A DNA stretch of 64,000 bases. Source: Macrostomum lignano. Its lineage: Eukaryota. Shown here piece by piece: positions 1-15,228 of the stretch (within the stretch, counting starts at the first letter, position 1; each line of letters opens with the position of its first letter). A program made the translations under genes and the position numbers. Under the pieces are notes generated by a model, which saw only the letters and a list, made by a program, of their open reading frames with translations, searched no databases and was not told the origin of the DNA. The stretch is from contig NIVC01003919.1 in NCBI GenBank assembly GCA_002269645.1, positions 1 through 64,000 of the forward strand. Reading direction: 5' to 3'.

Positions 1-132
1 CCCAGCGAGGTAGCTTCAGTCATAAGTTTAAATCAATTTATATTTTTAGAGCCTAGAACGTATTTTTTAAAAAAATTCTGTTTCTGAGTTCTGACATTAG
101 ACACATTTACCCACTGTACTTTTTCGCCGCAG

Positions 133-3100
133 TCAACCGTGGACACTTCACGTTGGCGTGACCAGAAACGCAAGCACTGGCGACTGGTTCTGGATTGATG
201 GCGATCCGATTGATCACTCGGCTTTGGGTGTCGGAGCAGCCTGGCAACCTGCACGCTGCATGGCACGTCATCTTTGCCGGCCTGATTCCTGTGGCCAATG
301 CGTCGCTCAAGTACTATTTTGCATGCCAGGTGCCTATGCAGAAAGGTTAGTCAATTGCTTCCCGATTGCCCCAACTTTTGCACCACGCAATGATTTAACA
401 TTCCGTTAGCATCGCACTGGTGTAAAATACAGTTAGCATCGCACTGGTGTAATATCCAGTTAGCATCACACTGGTGTAACATCCAGTTAGCATCACATTG
501 GTGTAACATCCAGTTAGCATCACACTGGTGCAGCATCCAGTTAGCATCGCACTGGTGTAACATCCAGTTAGCATCGCACTGGTGTAACATCCAATTAGCA
601 TTGCACTGGTGTTAGCATTCCAATGGTGGTAGCATCCAGTTAGCGTCACACTGTTGTAACATCCAGTTAGCATCGTACTGATGTAGCATCCATTAATTAC
701 TTCGTAAAATATATTACTTAACATCATAAACTGGTTTAGCTTAACGTATAACAGAGTCAAAGTACCGATAGAGCACAGTCTAGCAGATGCATGGCCATTT
801 ATTGTGCTCCAACCCGTCCGCAGTGCCCGGCCAGTGCACCAGAGGCCCACTGACGCAAATCGGCTACGTTGGAGGCCAGCTCACCTATACGGACCTGAGA
901 TATACCGGAGATGGCCCGAATGCCGCCAGAAACTTTCAGTTTCTTACGGACCATGAGTTCGAAAACTACACATACGGTGTTCAGTATTCTTACGACATCT
1001 ACGCAATATACTATTCCACACCCTGGAGTGGAGACTTGTACTTTACAGCTAATAATTATGCTACGGAGTATTTCTCTTGTCTTGAAATCGGTAAAAATGC
1101 AATGCGAAATCAACTTTTCTGTTTTTCAATGTGTTTCTTGATCACCAGAAACACGCCATTCGATATTGCATCGATTTGCAGACTGCATGCAGCCACTGTT
1201 GCACGGAATTCCCGGCAAATTATCGGTCTCCCTCACCAGCCACGGGAGATCGTCATTCAGCAGGCCCGAGGATGCCATTATAGGCAGCAAGACCAAGACT
1301 GATCGTAAGCTGTAGAGTCAATCGGTCCAAGCTGGGCTGCAATATACGTTCGCGCATTGCATGTAGATTTAGTCATTTACCTGTTTTTTCCTCTTAGGAA
1401 TTGAATCCAATCTAACTTGTAACAGGCCTAATAGATAAGGCTCCTATCTAACAGACGAACTCAAATCTAACAGACTCGCATCTTTCAGACAGACTCACAT
1501 GTACACGTCTAAATGTCTATCTGAATAGTGCAAGATTTGCTTTGTTTATGACTTTCTTATCTACATGTACACGCGCATTTGTAAATAATAACTCCTACTC
1601 CATACCCCCAGAGCCATGCATAATAAACAGAGGCGATGCAGCCTACTACCTGCACGAGTTGAATGTTACACGGGAAGGAATCGCCTGCCTTCCATGGAGT
1701 CCGTACTTGCCTTCAAGTCTGACCGGGCTAAACTACAGCCGACAGTGTATAAGTGGTAATGGGCTCCACTATCTGCCATTTTAGCTATGCACACATTATT
1801 ATTGCACTTAATGAACTGCAGACGATGGTACTTCGGGTGTGTCAAAAGTTATGTCACTGATGTGAAAACAGACGAACTTGCAATCGCAGATAAACAAAAC
1901 TGTACCACTCAACAATATAGAGTCCCCCAATATCAATCACTCTCTGGCAGTGCTCATACAGCTTGTCCACCTCAGCCTGCAGGTGTTTTTAATCCAACAG
2001 CCATAACCAGTGCAACGCGGCCTGTTTGACCTCTTCATGATTTGCGAAACTCTTCTTGGAAAAGTCAGCCTTTAGCCATTTGAACAGAAATCTGTCGCAC
2101 AAGTTGAGGTCCGGGCTGTAGGGACTCTGTCAGAGCAGATTCACTCGCCGTGCAGGTAGAAAATCCGAAACAGGCTTACAGGTGTGCGACCGTGCGGTGT
2201 CCACCTGCCACAGAACCTCGTCCAGGAGACATGGATTTGACCGAAGAGTGCGCCAAAGGACCCCAGTGTGCCGGGCAAAAGCGGATAAAAACTATTGACA
2301 ATCGAACTTGACGTTTGACCCTCGATGAGACATCTTTGTTTGGTGTAAAGGCCACCAGCAGCATGGTCTTCTTGTCCGAGACGGACCTCGTGGTCACGGT
2401 CGGCAGCAGACCCCAGCTCCTAGCCAGCAGCGATTGTCTGCCTCGCTGCCCTTGCCATCCAGGTGGAGCCAACTTTCATCCTCAGCAACCAGGCAGTTTA
2501 GGATGTCATTCAAGCCCCGGCTGCTGAACACCTTGCGGATCTGCTTGGTGCAGGCGTCTTGTCGAGATTCATGGTTATTTTTGTTTGCTGCATAGACGAG
2601 TTTTCATCGCGTTGCACTTGCTAAATCTGCTTGGCGTATTCTTGCGATAGCTTGGGCCATAAACAACCTATGCACGTCTCAAATGCACTGGTATTGCTTC
2701 ACTAAGTATTCTTTGCAGCTACACTACCCACAAGTCCATGTGCCTACATTTTTTAGACAGAGGCCTGCAGTGACATTACTTATGACACACCCGAAGTATA
2801 TGCGGTAATACCCTATCTCTTTCTCGTTTTCTTTCAGAGAGCGGCAGTTACGAACCCAGGTGTTATGGAGCGACTGGCGGTTTTTCTAGTTGCACATCAT
2901 TCTATTGCTGTGAGCTCGAATTTGGAAATTTCGGCACCGAAAGAGCAAATTTCCCAGTTATTTGCACTTTAAAGGCGTTGCAATTTTTTTTCGAAGATTT
3001 AGGAATTCGTTAGTTGTTAACAGTCGGAACGCACAAGATTTTATCTAGCTAATGATTGAAAAAAATATGCGAGACAGACATAGACAAGCCAAGATACAAG

Positions 3101-6100
3101 ATAACCACAAACTAATAACAAGCTAGCAACAAGCCAACAATAAACTGACAACAAACAAACAAACAAAAACTATTTGCAGTCCGACCGTACATCCGGTTTG
3201 CAAGCTACCGATACAATGGCAGGCCAAATGCGATAGACAGGATGTCGGTTATTCATAACGGACAGACCATCACACTGAGCTCTCTGGATTATAACACTGG
3301 ATGGATTACCATAAGCACTTCGACTCCCCCCGCCGTTAAGCTGCATTGGCTGCTGATGGACCTCAAACTGCTACATAATATTTCTGGGATCGAATTCTCG
3401 TCTTACTGTGAGTGAATCCTGAAGCGAGCTGGGATTTTCAATTAAAGTTCTAATCAGAGACATTAAAGATGAATTCAATTTATCGTGCTTTTATACAGTG
3501 AAGGGTATGCATCCCCTCACCGTGCTCGTCGGTAACAACTACGATTCATCCCTCGGAGAGGGCGCATTCAAAGACTGGCAGGTGTGCAGCTCGCTCGAGT
3601 TTTATGTAGCAAATCTGTTGGATTACAGCCTCATCTGTGACAGGCCAATCATCGGAAGATTCGCCGTGCTGACCAGGCCGGCTGATATGGGCCGAATTCA
3701 TATTTATAACCTTCAAGTGCACGGCGAGGAGTGTAAGTTTCTGCTGCAAAGTCAGCGGTTTTGTCACAATGAAATTTCTTGTCCATGATGATTCTAAAGC
3801 AACCTCAATCGTAAATGCAGATTACGTACTCAACAAAGAAGTTGACGTGAGAGTCTACTGGTTCCCGGATGAAGCGATTTCAGAGGCGCTGACAACGCGC
3901 AATGCCACGCTCTTTGTTCGAATGAGATCTAGGCTCACAAAGATCTGGCTAACTGACCAATATGGCTACCTAGAGGCCATGACCAATGTACGTATTTTTC
4001 GAATGTTTTCGTTTCGTGAATCTCTAAATAAAACTTGCGTCTTTGTGCAGTTTGCTCCGCGAATATTTACTTTCAAAACCTCGTGCTTCAGCCGCGGTAC
4101 ATCATCATGCTGAAAGGCAATGGTTTGAGTCAGATCAGCTACGCTGGAGCTGTTGTAGAGCACAAGGACTACTCAATCAATAATGCATCTATCTATACCC
4201 TAGATACGCTTAACAATACACTGAACCAGACCGCACAGGCAAACACGGACGACTTTGTTCGGGTGAGCGTCACCTGGCAGACAGCTGGTGGAGTCACGAC
4301 CATCGCTACCTACGTTGGCGACGTCAAAATTGGCGAGTCTACCGACCAGGTGCACTCCATTGCGGTCAGGAAGGTCGGCTACTCAAATGACGTCAAATGT
4401 AACTCTGACACAAACTTTCATAGCATACAAGTTTACTTCAACGTGCTCAGTAAAAAGACACTGGGGGCTTTTCGATCAACGCACTACCAGGAGTCTTCTA
4501 TTGAACGAATATATATTCAGGTTAGTTTATTAAATGTCATTAACAAAATATGATGATAAACTTGTTCACCGCTTCTGCTGCGTTTCTACTTACTCCCGGG
4601 CCCGAACTTCATGCACATGCAGCTATGAATTCACGTCCAAAAAAGAAAAAATAGATGTGATCGTACGATAATCCTAAATGCAAGAAGTGATTAAAATAGT
4701 CACAAAAGCTCGTAGGTCATTGCTCTATAGATAAGCCAATTCGTACATGTACTCCTCAAAAAAATTCTACAGGCCGCATTCGACAAGATTGTCCGGCTGT
4801 TGTGGATCTCGGTTCAGGGCGGAATCAGCAGTGCAGCCTTCGGCGGTGCGGCTTCAACGACTGGGATGAAAGCTTTTAACATTACCTATAGCGAGAATGC
4901 GCGATACTGGAGAATTTTCTATAACAACAAGGTAGAACATTTAGATAGATATGGTCTAATAATATGAGCATTGTTCAGTTTATGCCTAAATTGTTTTTTA
5001 TTTGAAATAATTTATTCTTGCGTAATTTTCCCGATTTATTTTATATTTTAACTTAGCAACTCGGCGGAATCATGGACAATCCACGCCGGGTCGGCAGCTT
5101 CAGGTTCCTGCCTGACCTGCTGGCCCTTGCAATCCGCGTCTATCCGGCTGCTGTGGTCAACTTTGCCGAGACCAGGCTGCAGCTGTACGGATGCGTGAAT
5201 GGTAAGCCCAGAATTTGTTGCTTGTGGAGTCCCGCAGGTTAGTGGTTTTAGATACTACATGCCGAGCTTGCTTGATACGAAAAAGTGCGTCCGCCAAAGT
5301 ACGTTTTAAAGCTAATTTAAACATTATTTGGATATATAAACAACAGTGAAAATTCTCGATTCCAAAAATTCTTAAAACTCTAAAATATTTTACTACGTTA
5401 AATCTACTACCAGTAGCGTGACGCTAAACTGCGATAATTCTCGACTTTTCTAAAAAGACTAAGACTGTCACACTAGTAGATTGTAAGGATTCAGCTTGCT
5501 TTATAGTGTGATAGCTTGCTTCTAGACTTCAATTTATATCAAAATTATTTTCTATGGAAAAGAGCTACACTTATGTTTTTTTTAATAAAATACTTCAAAT
5601 TCAATCGTTGGTGTGAAATTTTGAAACATTTAATCATTTAAACATCTGATCGAACAGTACAAGTTCGAAGAAAATCGGTGGAGCCATTTTTTCTTTAATC
5701 GATCACATAGATATCGACAAACCATTTTTAGTATATGGATTAACGGATTAGCTTGATTAACGGAACAAATTCAAAATAATACGAGCTAGTGGTTGGAGCG
5801 TCGGACTTACTACTCAAAGGTCGCACTCGGAACGATTTATGTCCTTCAGCAAGACGCTTAACTCTGCATTGATTCACTTCAACCAGCTGTAAAATGGGTA
5901 CCAGGATTAACTAGGGTAATTAAGGGTGGGTATGGCTGAAAGGCGTATGCAGTTGTAAGGATTTAAAGTAAATAAAAGAAAGTGAAAGGAGATAGGCGGT
6001 ATTTTTACATGTTCATCCGCCTCGCCGGACCAGTTGTAGCGGGTTTTTCAGTAATGAGGCGAGAGCAAGGTGGTGTTTCAACTGGTTAATGGGTTTATGG

Positions 6101-7528
6101 AATAATGTTACTGGAATCTAGAAGAAGAAGATTCGTGAAGAGATTCCAGCTGAGCTGCTGTATATTTATAGTGTTGAGATGCTCTTCCGGAAAGTTCTAG
6201 AAATAATGCATTATAACAAAATGATTGTTAAGAAAATACTGCTAGTTATTTATCGCTAGTTTTACCCACAGACTGCGAATACTCGTTAATTATTAAATAT
6301 ATTGAAATGCAGTAAATGAGAAATTGTTTCAGACACAGAACTTTCTAGAAAACGTACGAATAGAAATTTCTCGAAGGTCACTACACAGTCTTTAGATGCG
6401 CTGCGCAATAGCTCGCACAAAAGCTGACATGTCAACTCAAGCCAGCTAAAGTCTGCGCGTGCCTGACAGCGTGAAAGTGTGCTCTATGGTTTGATAGTCA
6501 TTTTAATCTGCAATAAATACTTACGGAACATAGCAACATTACCCTTTACCAAACGGTCGGAAGACTTATATCGTTTGCTCTCTGGTCGGAGCACGAAAAA
6601 ACGACATTGGAGAGCCATTTTTATTCAGATTACGAAGTTTCCAGTTCACAATAACTAAAAAAATAGTAGCAACTAACTATCAGTAGGAAAAAAACAGACG
6701 AGCATAGAAGATAAAATCATTTGCCGGCTGAGCAAACAGACAAGTGGTCTGAGTCAATTCGAAAGGCCTTAAAACCGGGGCGGAGGAGACAGGTAGAGGT
6801 GCACGAAAAGGAAAAAAGCAGGGAGAACGCGCACCTGGGACAGGGCCCGAACGGATATTAAACAGCCTAAAGTCCCCCAAAAAGTGTCAAGCTTACGTCC
6901 AAAAACTTGATGGGCCAGTACCCACGATTTCAAACGACTTTATGATGCGAAATCTTGTTTGGGACGCCAGGAGTGGACCCAGAGGGGGCAGGGGCCATGA
7001 CCCTCCCTCAGCCGTGGCCAAAATATCGGGCCTTACTTTTTTACCTGTAACTATGCATGTAGATTTTCCAATTTTTAGTTTTACTTGCGTGGCATAGCTT
7101 GCCCCTCTCAAATACATTCCGGCTCCATCCCTGGATATCGATGTATCAACTGTAAGTTGAGTTCAAAGTGGTAAGCACAGTGGGTCACACGGGGTGTGTT
7201 TTATAACGCATCTAAAATTCAAACCGCTCACCAAGCAAGTCATGCGTAACACAAAAGTTGAATTGGCTTTTCACTTTGCTTGCAGCCTCCGCAGACATCG
7301 CTCTACCTTACTCGATGGCTCGAGCCAAGAGACGGATTAGCAGCATCGACCCGAGCAGCTACTCGTATATCAACCTGAGGCCGAACGACGGCTACGTTGG
7401 TGCGATCAGCTCTAGCAGTAACTTCTACACGCCGCATCTGGACTTTACCAGGACTTATCACTACTGGATGGTGGACCTGGGCATTGATACCGATATCAGA
7501 TTCATCCGGGTCTACACTTATATTACAA
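133..7528 (+). CDS. Multi-exon gene for a large extracellular mosaic protein, part A (C-type lectin-like, kringle-like and F-type-lectin/discoidin-like exons); partial model that probably starts upstream of the window
   Basis: AG/GT-bounded exons with domain-like translations. 133-345 is CTL-like (W..GVTRNASTGDWFWIDG...YYFACQ, needs one frameshift). ~1607-1752 is kringle-like (C..NRG..YY...NVTREGIACLPW). ~3180-3409 has HWLLMDLKLLHNISGI. ~3498-3730 has C..PIIGRFAVL...NLQVHG. 7295-7528 has RAKRR...YWMVDLGIDTDIRFIRVY. The full exon chain could not be resolved by eye. Confidence 0.55.
408..690. repeat. 27-bp intronic minisatellite (cagttagcatcgcactggtgtaacatc)
   Basis: About 10 degenerate tandem units; explains the 9-aa periodic MLHQCDANW ORF. 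Confidence 0.9.
5783..5935 (+). mobile_element. Degenerate tRNA-derived SINE, family 2
   Basis: Body tccttcagcaagacgcttaactctgcatt...ccagctgtaaaatgggtaccag matches the reverse-strand copy at 46572-46713; the upstream part is tRNA-like. Confidence 0.6.
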
Positions 7529-10038
7529 GTACGTTATACTGACAGTAATATAAGGGGTGTGTGTGTGTGTGTGTGTGTTTGTGCATTAGGCATTTCTTGG
7601 GACAAGCGTGTATAAACTGACCCGTGCTATTAGGACCAAAAATGTGTTGGGCCAGGCCCAATAAGTGCGTCCCGACACTTCCAAAAATGAATTCTATTGA
7701 AATGAAAAAATATTCATTGGAACCGTCTTTCGATTCTCCTTTCAAAAATCAATGTCATTTTTTCATATTTTTAATCAAACACAAGGAATATAATGATTTG
7801 CAGTGTCCTAAGAAGTTTAAAAAATTATGCGAACTGATGGTCTGATCCAACAGAACAATTGGGTCTTAAATCGGAATTCTCGTTTTATTACAATATTTCT
7901 TACAATATCAAGAAAGTCTACTACAAGTAACAGATAGAGGTTCTCCACAGGGCTGCCAATCGACACTTGAAAGGATCCTGACATTTGGCATCGTGTTTAC
8001 TATAAAATATGAAATAATTTAATAAAGATTTAGAATATTACAATCAAGCATACAAACCTTATAGATTTAGTATATTTAGATTTTTGCATAGAAACAGCTA
8101 GCATCTAAATTCATTAGCTTCCAATTTCACTTATACACGAAACATGGCAAATTAAGGTTACATCCGCCTGTGCCCTCGGCCATTTTAACTGAAATTCTCG
8201 TTTTCAGTCAGCTGCATTAATCTATTTGTCATATGTGAATGGGTATTAACTGACTCAAGTTAGTGACTGGAGGCCATTAACGTAAAGTGACACTTTGAGT
8301 GAGGTAGTTTTCCGGTGGAAATTCTCACAGTCTTATGAAGCGCTTTTAGAGCAAAGAAATAAAGGGCAAAGAAAAACTTTGCATTTCCCGAGAAAACCGA
8401 GGACGAGTATTAGAGGGAAACGTTTAATCTCTAAGGCTTCAAATGACTTCCTTATTGGCCTGGGTTCGGGCAGCTATACTATGTAGCAAAATTTTTCCTA
8501 GAATTATGATAATTTTATCGTCTGGTATACTGAAAAGTACGGAGATACCAAGAAACTTAAGATGACTGCATGGACTGCTAGCACATGTTTGAGTGTCACT
8601 GTCACTGTAAAGTCGAAATCGATGACTAGTTGGCCCCTAACTACTAGGCCTTCCTGGAAAACAATTCTGCTTATCTTGGATCGTAAAGATAAACCCACGT
8701 ACAGTGCAGAAGTGTTAGGACAAGCGTGTACAAGACCCAGGCAATCCCTTACCCAGGCCACGCGTACATTCCTATCGCGGCGGGGGGAAGCGGGGAGGAG
8801 AGGCGGGCGCAAGGGAGTCAGGATAAAGTTTACACTGAAGTTGAGGCCTACAAGAGGAAGAGCCAATTCTAACGGAAAGGTACATGTAGAAGTTCCCTTT
8901 GACAAAAGGCGTACTGGCGGTACTGCATATGTTCAAACGAATATAATTCATTTACGAGACCTGCACTACACAGACAAATTGTGCCACGTCACAAGAGTTT
9001 CCATGCATGACCTGGCATGAAAAGACTTGGCTAGGAACCATTACACATATGTAAGTAGAATTTAAAATTCTTTTTAAAATTTTATGATTAAATAAAAACT
9101 TAACTGGAATTTACATATGTACTTTTCTAAAATTCCAGATACGTTGATATCGATAAGCTACCGTTTTCTTCTATAACAAACAGATTTGCCTTCATTGTCC
9201 AGTAAGTATTGTCTCGTACTCGTATATGTCGTATTTTTGTACGTTGAAAAAAATAATTAGCAGCCTAGTAATACTCTGAGCTCAGTGAAATATAAGAGAG
9301 GCGGCACGATCACCTTATTTATCAATTAATTTACAACAGCACTACACAGCACTCATAAGTAGGCAAAATTTACACTTCTAGGAAGAACAAATTTTACTAA
9401 AAGTTTCAATCAAAACATTTAGGAAAGAAATCTCGCATAACACATCGCCCACAGTACTAGAGACTTGGAGAAATACCATGTGAGTTTGCTGGGCAACTAA
9501 TATAATATATTACTGTTATAATTCGATAGTCAAATTATTTTTCTACTCAAAGCAGTATTATTACATAACTAAAGAACAGTATAAAATGACAGCATTCTAG
9601 AACGAGAAACAAAGCTTACTGCAAAGGCAAACGCCGAAAGAAAAGCAGGGCAGAGTCAGCAACAAAAAAGAAGCTCATCTGATTGGGAAGATGGGCGGTC
9701 AGCAAAGAGATAGGATCTCAGAAAATTGCAACTCCCAGTAACTGAAACTTAATTGCAATAAGTGTTTTGTTTTCTAGGGCATTATTAAAACAAGCAAGCC
9801 TGCCTGCAGTCAGCTAAGGGCAAAGTAAGTTGCTGCGGCACTATCGAGAAAGTGAAATTTGTACTCCATCTAACTGACACAAGCAGCACCGTTGGGACAA
9901 ACTACGAGTATTTTAATTGTACAGTAAAATTTCATTGACAATGAAGCATTTATTAGAACAGCGACATTTAAATCTGTTTTCAAACAAATCAAAAAGATTT
10001 CTCAATAAATGATTTTTCTTTTGTGCGCTCACGCACAG

Positions 10039-10735
10039 GTTCGTCCGCATTCAAACTCGCCGCTGCATCCGTCATTTGGTTCACTTGCTGCTCACAAGCC
10101 GCAGCAGCAGCAGCAGCAGCAGCAGCCGCTATCCGTGCAGGCAGTCAGTCTATTTGTGAATTTTCTGGTCGATCTGAAGAAAACCCGTCCGGCACAGGAT
10201 TAAAGAGAAAGAGACGATCTGTTTTGGGTGAGTATTATCTGCTGTAGAAGTATTGTACACCAGAGTACTTGTGTTACTTGGTAGAGCACAATTCAAAAGC
10301 AATGCAACAATCTCAGTGGCATTGTTGGGACACAAGCTACAAACGCAATGAATAGTAAACACAGCCCAGCCTAGCTCAAGGCTAGTAATTTGTTGGGCAT
10401 TTATTGGGACATTGCAGCCAGGCCTATTTTTTGAACAGCATTTGTTGGGTCGCACTTATTGGGACAATACTGATTCTAATCGCGACTACTTCTGAGTTCT
10501 GACTTTTCAAAACAGACCCAGCATTAGTTGAACACGTTCTATTAAAGGGTTCCTTTATAGCCTATTAATGATTACTAAGCAAGCCTATCTTAATTGATTT
10601 CTTTTCCTCGCAGATTCTGAAGTCAGCCACGCCAGCGACATGCCTAAGAGACAAGAATGCGCTTTAACGATCAGCAGCGAGCATTCTGATCTCGCCGCTG
10701 CATCCGTCATTTGGTTCACTTGCTGCTCACAAGCC

Positions 10736-10768
<33 letters not shown>

Positions 10769-13700
10769 GCTATCCGTGCAGGCAGTCAGTCTATTTGTGA
10801 ATTTTCTGGTGGATCTGAAGAAAACCCGTCCGGCACAGGATTAAAGAGAAAGAGACGATCTGTTTTGGGTGAGTATTATCTGCTGTAGAAGTATTGTACA
10901 CCAGAGTACTTGTGTTACTTGGTAGAGCACAATTCAAAAGCAATGCAACAATCTCAGTGGCATTGTTGGGACACAAGCTACAAACGCAATGAATAGTAAA
11001 CACAGCCCAGCCTAGCTCAAGGCTAGTAATTTGTTGGGCATTTATTGGGACATTGCAGCCAGGCCTATTTTTTGAACAGCATTTGTTGGGTCGCACTTAT
11101 TGGGACAATACTGATTCTAATCGCGACTACTTCTGAGTTCTGACTTTTCAAAACAGACCCAGCATTAGTTGAACACGTTCTATTAAAGGGTTCCTTTATA
11201 GCCTATTAATGATTACTAAGGCAAGCCTATCTTAATTGATTTCTTTTCCTCGCAGATTCTGAAGTCAGCCACGCCAGCGACATGCCTAAGAGACAAGAAT
11301 GCGCTTTAACGATCAGCAGCGAGCATTCTGATCTCGCCGCTGCATCCGTCATTTGGTTCACTTGCTGCTCACAAGCCGCAGCAGCAGCAGCAGCAGCAGC
11401 AGCAGCCGCTATCCGTGCAGGCAGTCAGTCTATTTGTGAATTTTCTGGTGATCTGAAGAAAACCCGTCCGGCACAGGATTAAAGAGAAAGAGACGATCTG
11501 TTTTGGGTGAGTATTATCTGCTGTAGAAGTATTGTACACCAGAGTACTTGTGTTACTTGGTAGAGCACAATTCAAAAGCAATGCAACAATCTCAGTGGCA
11601 TTGTTGGGACACAAGCTACAAACGCAATGAATAGTAAACACAGCCCAGCCTAGCTCAAGGCTAGTAATTTGTTGGGCATTTATTGGGACATTGCAGCCAG
11701 GCCTATTTTTTGAACAGCATTTGTTGGGTCGCACTTATTGGGACAATACTGATTCTAATCGCGACTACTTCTGAGTTCTGACTTTTCAAAACAGACCCAG
11801 CATTAGTTGAACACGTTCTATTAAAGGGTTCCTTTATAGCCTATTAATGATTACTAAAGGCAAGCCTATCTTAATTGATTTCTTTTCCTCGCAGATTCTG
11901 AAGTCAGCCACGCCAGCGACATGCCTAAGAGACAAGAATGCGCTTTAACGATCAGCAGCGAGCATTCTGATCTCGCCGCTGCATCCGTCATTTGGTTCAC
12001 TTGCTGCTCACAAGCCGCAGCAGCAGCAGCCGCTATCCGTGCAGGCAGTCAGTCTCTTTGTGAATTTTCTGGTGGATCTGAAGAAAACCCGTCCGGCACA
12101 GGATTAAAGAGAAAGAGACGATCTGTTTTGGGTGAGTATTATCTGCTGTAGAAGTATTGTACACCAGAGTACTTGTGTTACTTGGTAGAGCACAATTCAA
12201 AAGCAATGCAACAATCTCAGTGGCATTGTTGGGACACAAGCTACAAACGCAATGAATAGTAAACACAGCCCAGCCTAGCTCAAGGCTAGTAATTTGTTGG
12301 GCATTTATTGGGACATTGCAGCCAGGCCTATTTTTTGAACAGCATTTGTTGGGTCGCACTTATTGGGACAATACTGATTCTAATCGCGACTACTTCTGAG
12401 TTCTGACTTTTCAAAACAGACCCAGCATTAGTTGAACACGTTCTATTAAAGGGTTCCTTTATAGCCTATTAATGATTACTAAAGGCAAGCCTATCTTAAT
12501 TGATTTCTTTTCCTCGCAGATTCTGAAGTCAGCCACGCCAGCGACATGCCTAAGAGACAAGAATGCGCTTTAACGATCAGCAGCGAGCATTCTGATCTCG
12601 CCGCTGCATCCGTCATTTGGTTCACTTGCTGCTCACAAGCCGCAGCAGCAGCAGCAGCAGCAGCAGCAGCCGCTATCCGTGCAGGCAGTCAGTCTATTTG
12701 TGAATTTTCTGGTGGATCTGAAGAAAACCCGTCCGGCACAGGATTAAAGAGAAAGAGACGATCTGTTTTGGGTGAGTATTATCTGCTGTAGAAGTATTGT
12801 ACACCAGAGTACTTGTGTTACTTGGTAGAGCACAATTCAAAAGCAATGCAACAATCTCAGTGGCATTGTTGGGACACAAGCTACAAACGCAATGAATAGT
12901 AAACACAGCCCAGCCTAGCTCAAGGCTAGTAATTTGTTGGGCATTTATTGGGACATTGCAGCCAGGCCTATTTTTTGAACAGCATTTGTTGGGTCGCACT
13001 TATTGGGACAATACTGATTCTAATCGCGACTACTTCTGAGTTCTGACTTTTCAAAACAGACCCAGCATTAGTTGAACACGTTCTATTAAAGGGTTCCTTT
13101 ATAGCCTATTAATGATTACTAAGGCAAGCCTATCTTAATTGATTTCTTTTCCTCGCAGATTCTGAAGTCAGCAACGCCAGCGACATGCCTAAGAGACAAG
13201 AATGCGCTTTAACGATCAGCAGCGAGCATTCTGATCTCGCCGCTGCATCCGTCATTTGGTTCACTTGCTGCTCACAAGCCGCAGCAGCAGCAGCAGCAGC
13301 AGCAGCAGCCGCTATCCGTGCAGGCAGTCAGTCTATTTGTGAATTTTCTGGTGGATCTGAAGAAAACCCGTCCGGCACAGGATTAAAGAGAAAGAGACGA
13401 TCTGTTTTGGGTGAGTATTATCTGCTGTAGAAGTATTGTACACCAGAGTACTTGTGTTACTTGGTAGAGCACAATTCAAAAGCAATGCAACAATCTCAGT
13501 GGCATTGTTGGGACACAAGCTACAAACGCAATGAATAGTAAACACAGCCCAGCCTAGCTCAAGGCTAGTAATTTGTTGGGCATTTATTGGGACATTGCAG
13601 CCAGGCCTATTTTTTGAACAGCATTTGTTGGGTCGCACTTATTGGGACAATACTGATTCTAATCGCGACTACTTCTGAGTTCTGACTTTTCAAAACAGAC

Positions 13701-15195
13701 CCAGCATTAGTTGAACACGTTCTATTAAAGGGTTCCTTTATAGCCTATTAATGATTACTAAAGGCAAGCCTATCTTAATTGATTTCTTTTCCTCGCAGAT
13801 TCTGAAGTCAGCAACGCCAGCGACATGCCTAAGAGACAAGAATGCGCTTTAACGATCAGCAGCGAGCATTCTGATCTCGCCGCTGCATCCGTCATTTGGT
13901 TCACTTGCTGCTCACAAGCCGCAGCAGCAGCAGCGCAGCAGCAGCCGCTATCCGTGCAGGCAGTCAGTCTATTTGTGAATTTTCTGGTGGATCTGAAGAA
14001 AACCCGTCCGGCACAGGATTAAAGAGAAAGAGACGATCTGTTTTGGGTGAGTATTATCTGCTGTAGAAGTATTGTACACCAGAGTACTTGTGTTACTTGG
14101 TAGAGCACAATTCAAAAGCAATGCAACAATCTCAGTGGCATTGTTGGGACACAAGCTACAAACGCAATGAATAGTAAACACAGCCCAGCCTAGCTCAAGG
14201 CTAGTAATTTGTTGGGCATTTATTGGGACATTGCAGCCAGGCCTATTTTTTGAACAGCATTTGTTGGGTCGCACTTATTGGGACAATACTGATTCTAATC
14301 GCGACTACTTCTGAGTTCTGACTTTTCAAAACAGACCCAGCATTAGTTGAACACGTTCTATTAAAGGGTTCCTTTATAGCCTATTAATGATTACTAAAGG
14401 CAAGCCTATCTTAATTGATTTCTTTTCCTCGCAGATTCTGAAGTCAGCAACGCCAGCGACATGCCTAAGAGACAAGAATGCGCTTTAACGATCAGCAGCG
14501 AGCATTCTGATCTCGCCGCTGCATCCGTCATTTGGTTCACTTGCTGCTCACAAGCCGCAGCAGCAGCAGCAGCAGCAGCAGCAGCCGCTATCCGTGCAGG
14601 CAGTCAGTCTATTTGTGAATTTTCTGGTGGATCTGAAGAAAACCCGTCCGGCACAGGATTAAAGAGAAAGAGACGATCTGTTTTGGGTGAGTATTATCTG
14701 CTGTAGAAGTATTGTACACCAGAGTACTTGTGTTACTTGGTAGAGCACAATTCAAAAGCAATGCAACAATCTCAGTGGCATTGTTGGGACACAAGCTACA
14801 AACGCAATGAATAGTAAACACAGCCCAGCCTAGCTCAAGGCTAGTAATTTGTTGGGCATTTATTGGGACATTGCAGCCAGGCCTATTTTTTGAACAGCAT
14901 TTGTTGGGTCGCACTTATTGGGACAATACTGATTCTAATCGCGACTACTTCTGAGTTCTGACTTTTCAAAACAGACCCAGCATTAGTTGAACACGTTCTA
15001 TTAAAGGGTTCCTTTATAGCCTATTAATGATTACTAAGGCAAGCCTATCTTAATTGATTTCTTTTCCTCGCAGATTCTGAAGTCAGCAACGCCAGCGACA
15101 TGCCTAAGAGACAAGAATGCGCTTTAACGATCAGCAGCGAGCATTCTGATCTCGCCGCTGCATCCGTCATTTGGTTCACTTGCTGCTCACAAGCC

Positions 15196-15228
<33 letters not shown>

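Noticed and set aside
6770-7135. Possible hAT-type MITE (ggggcggag...ctccatccctg)
   Set aside because: Terminal repeats are too degenerate and no TSD could be confirmed.
8504-9020. Overlapping 133/152-aa ORFs
   Set aside because: No recognisable motif or splice context; probably a repeat remnant.
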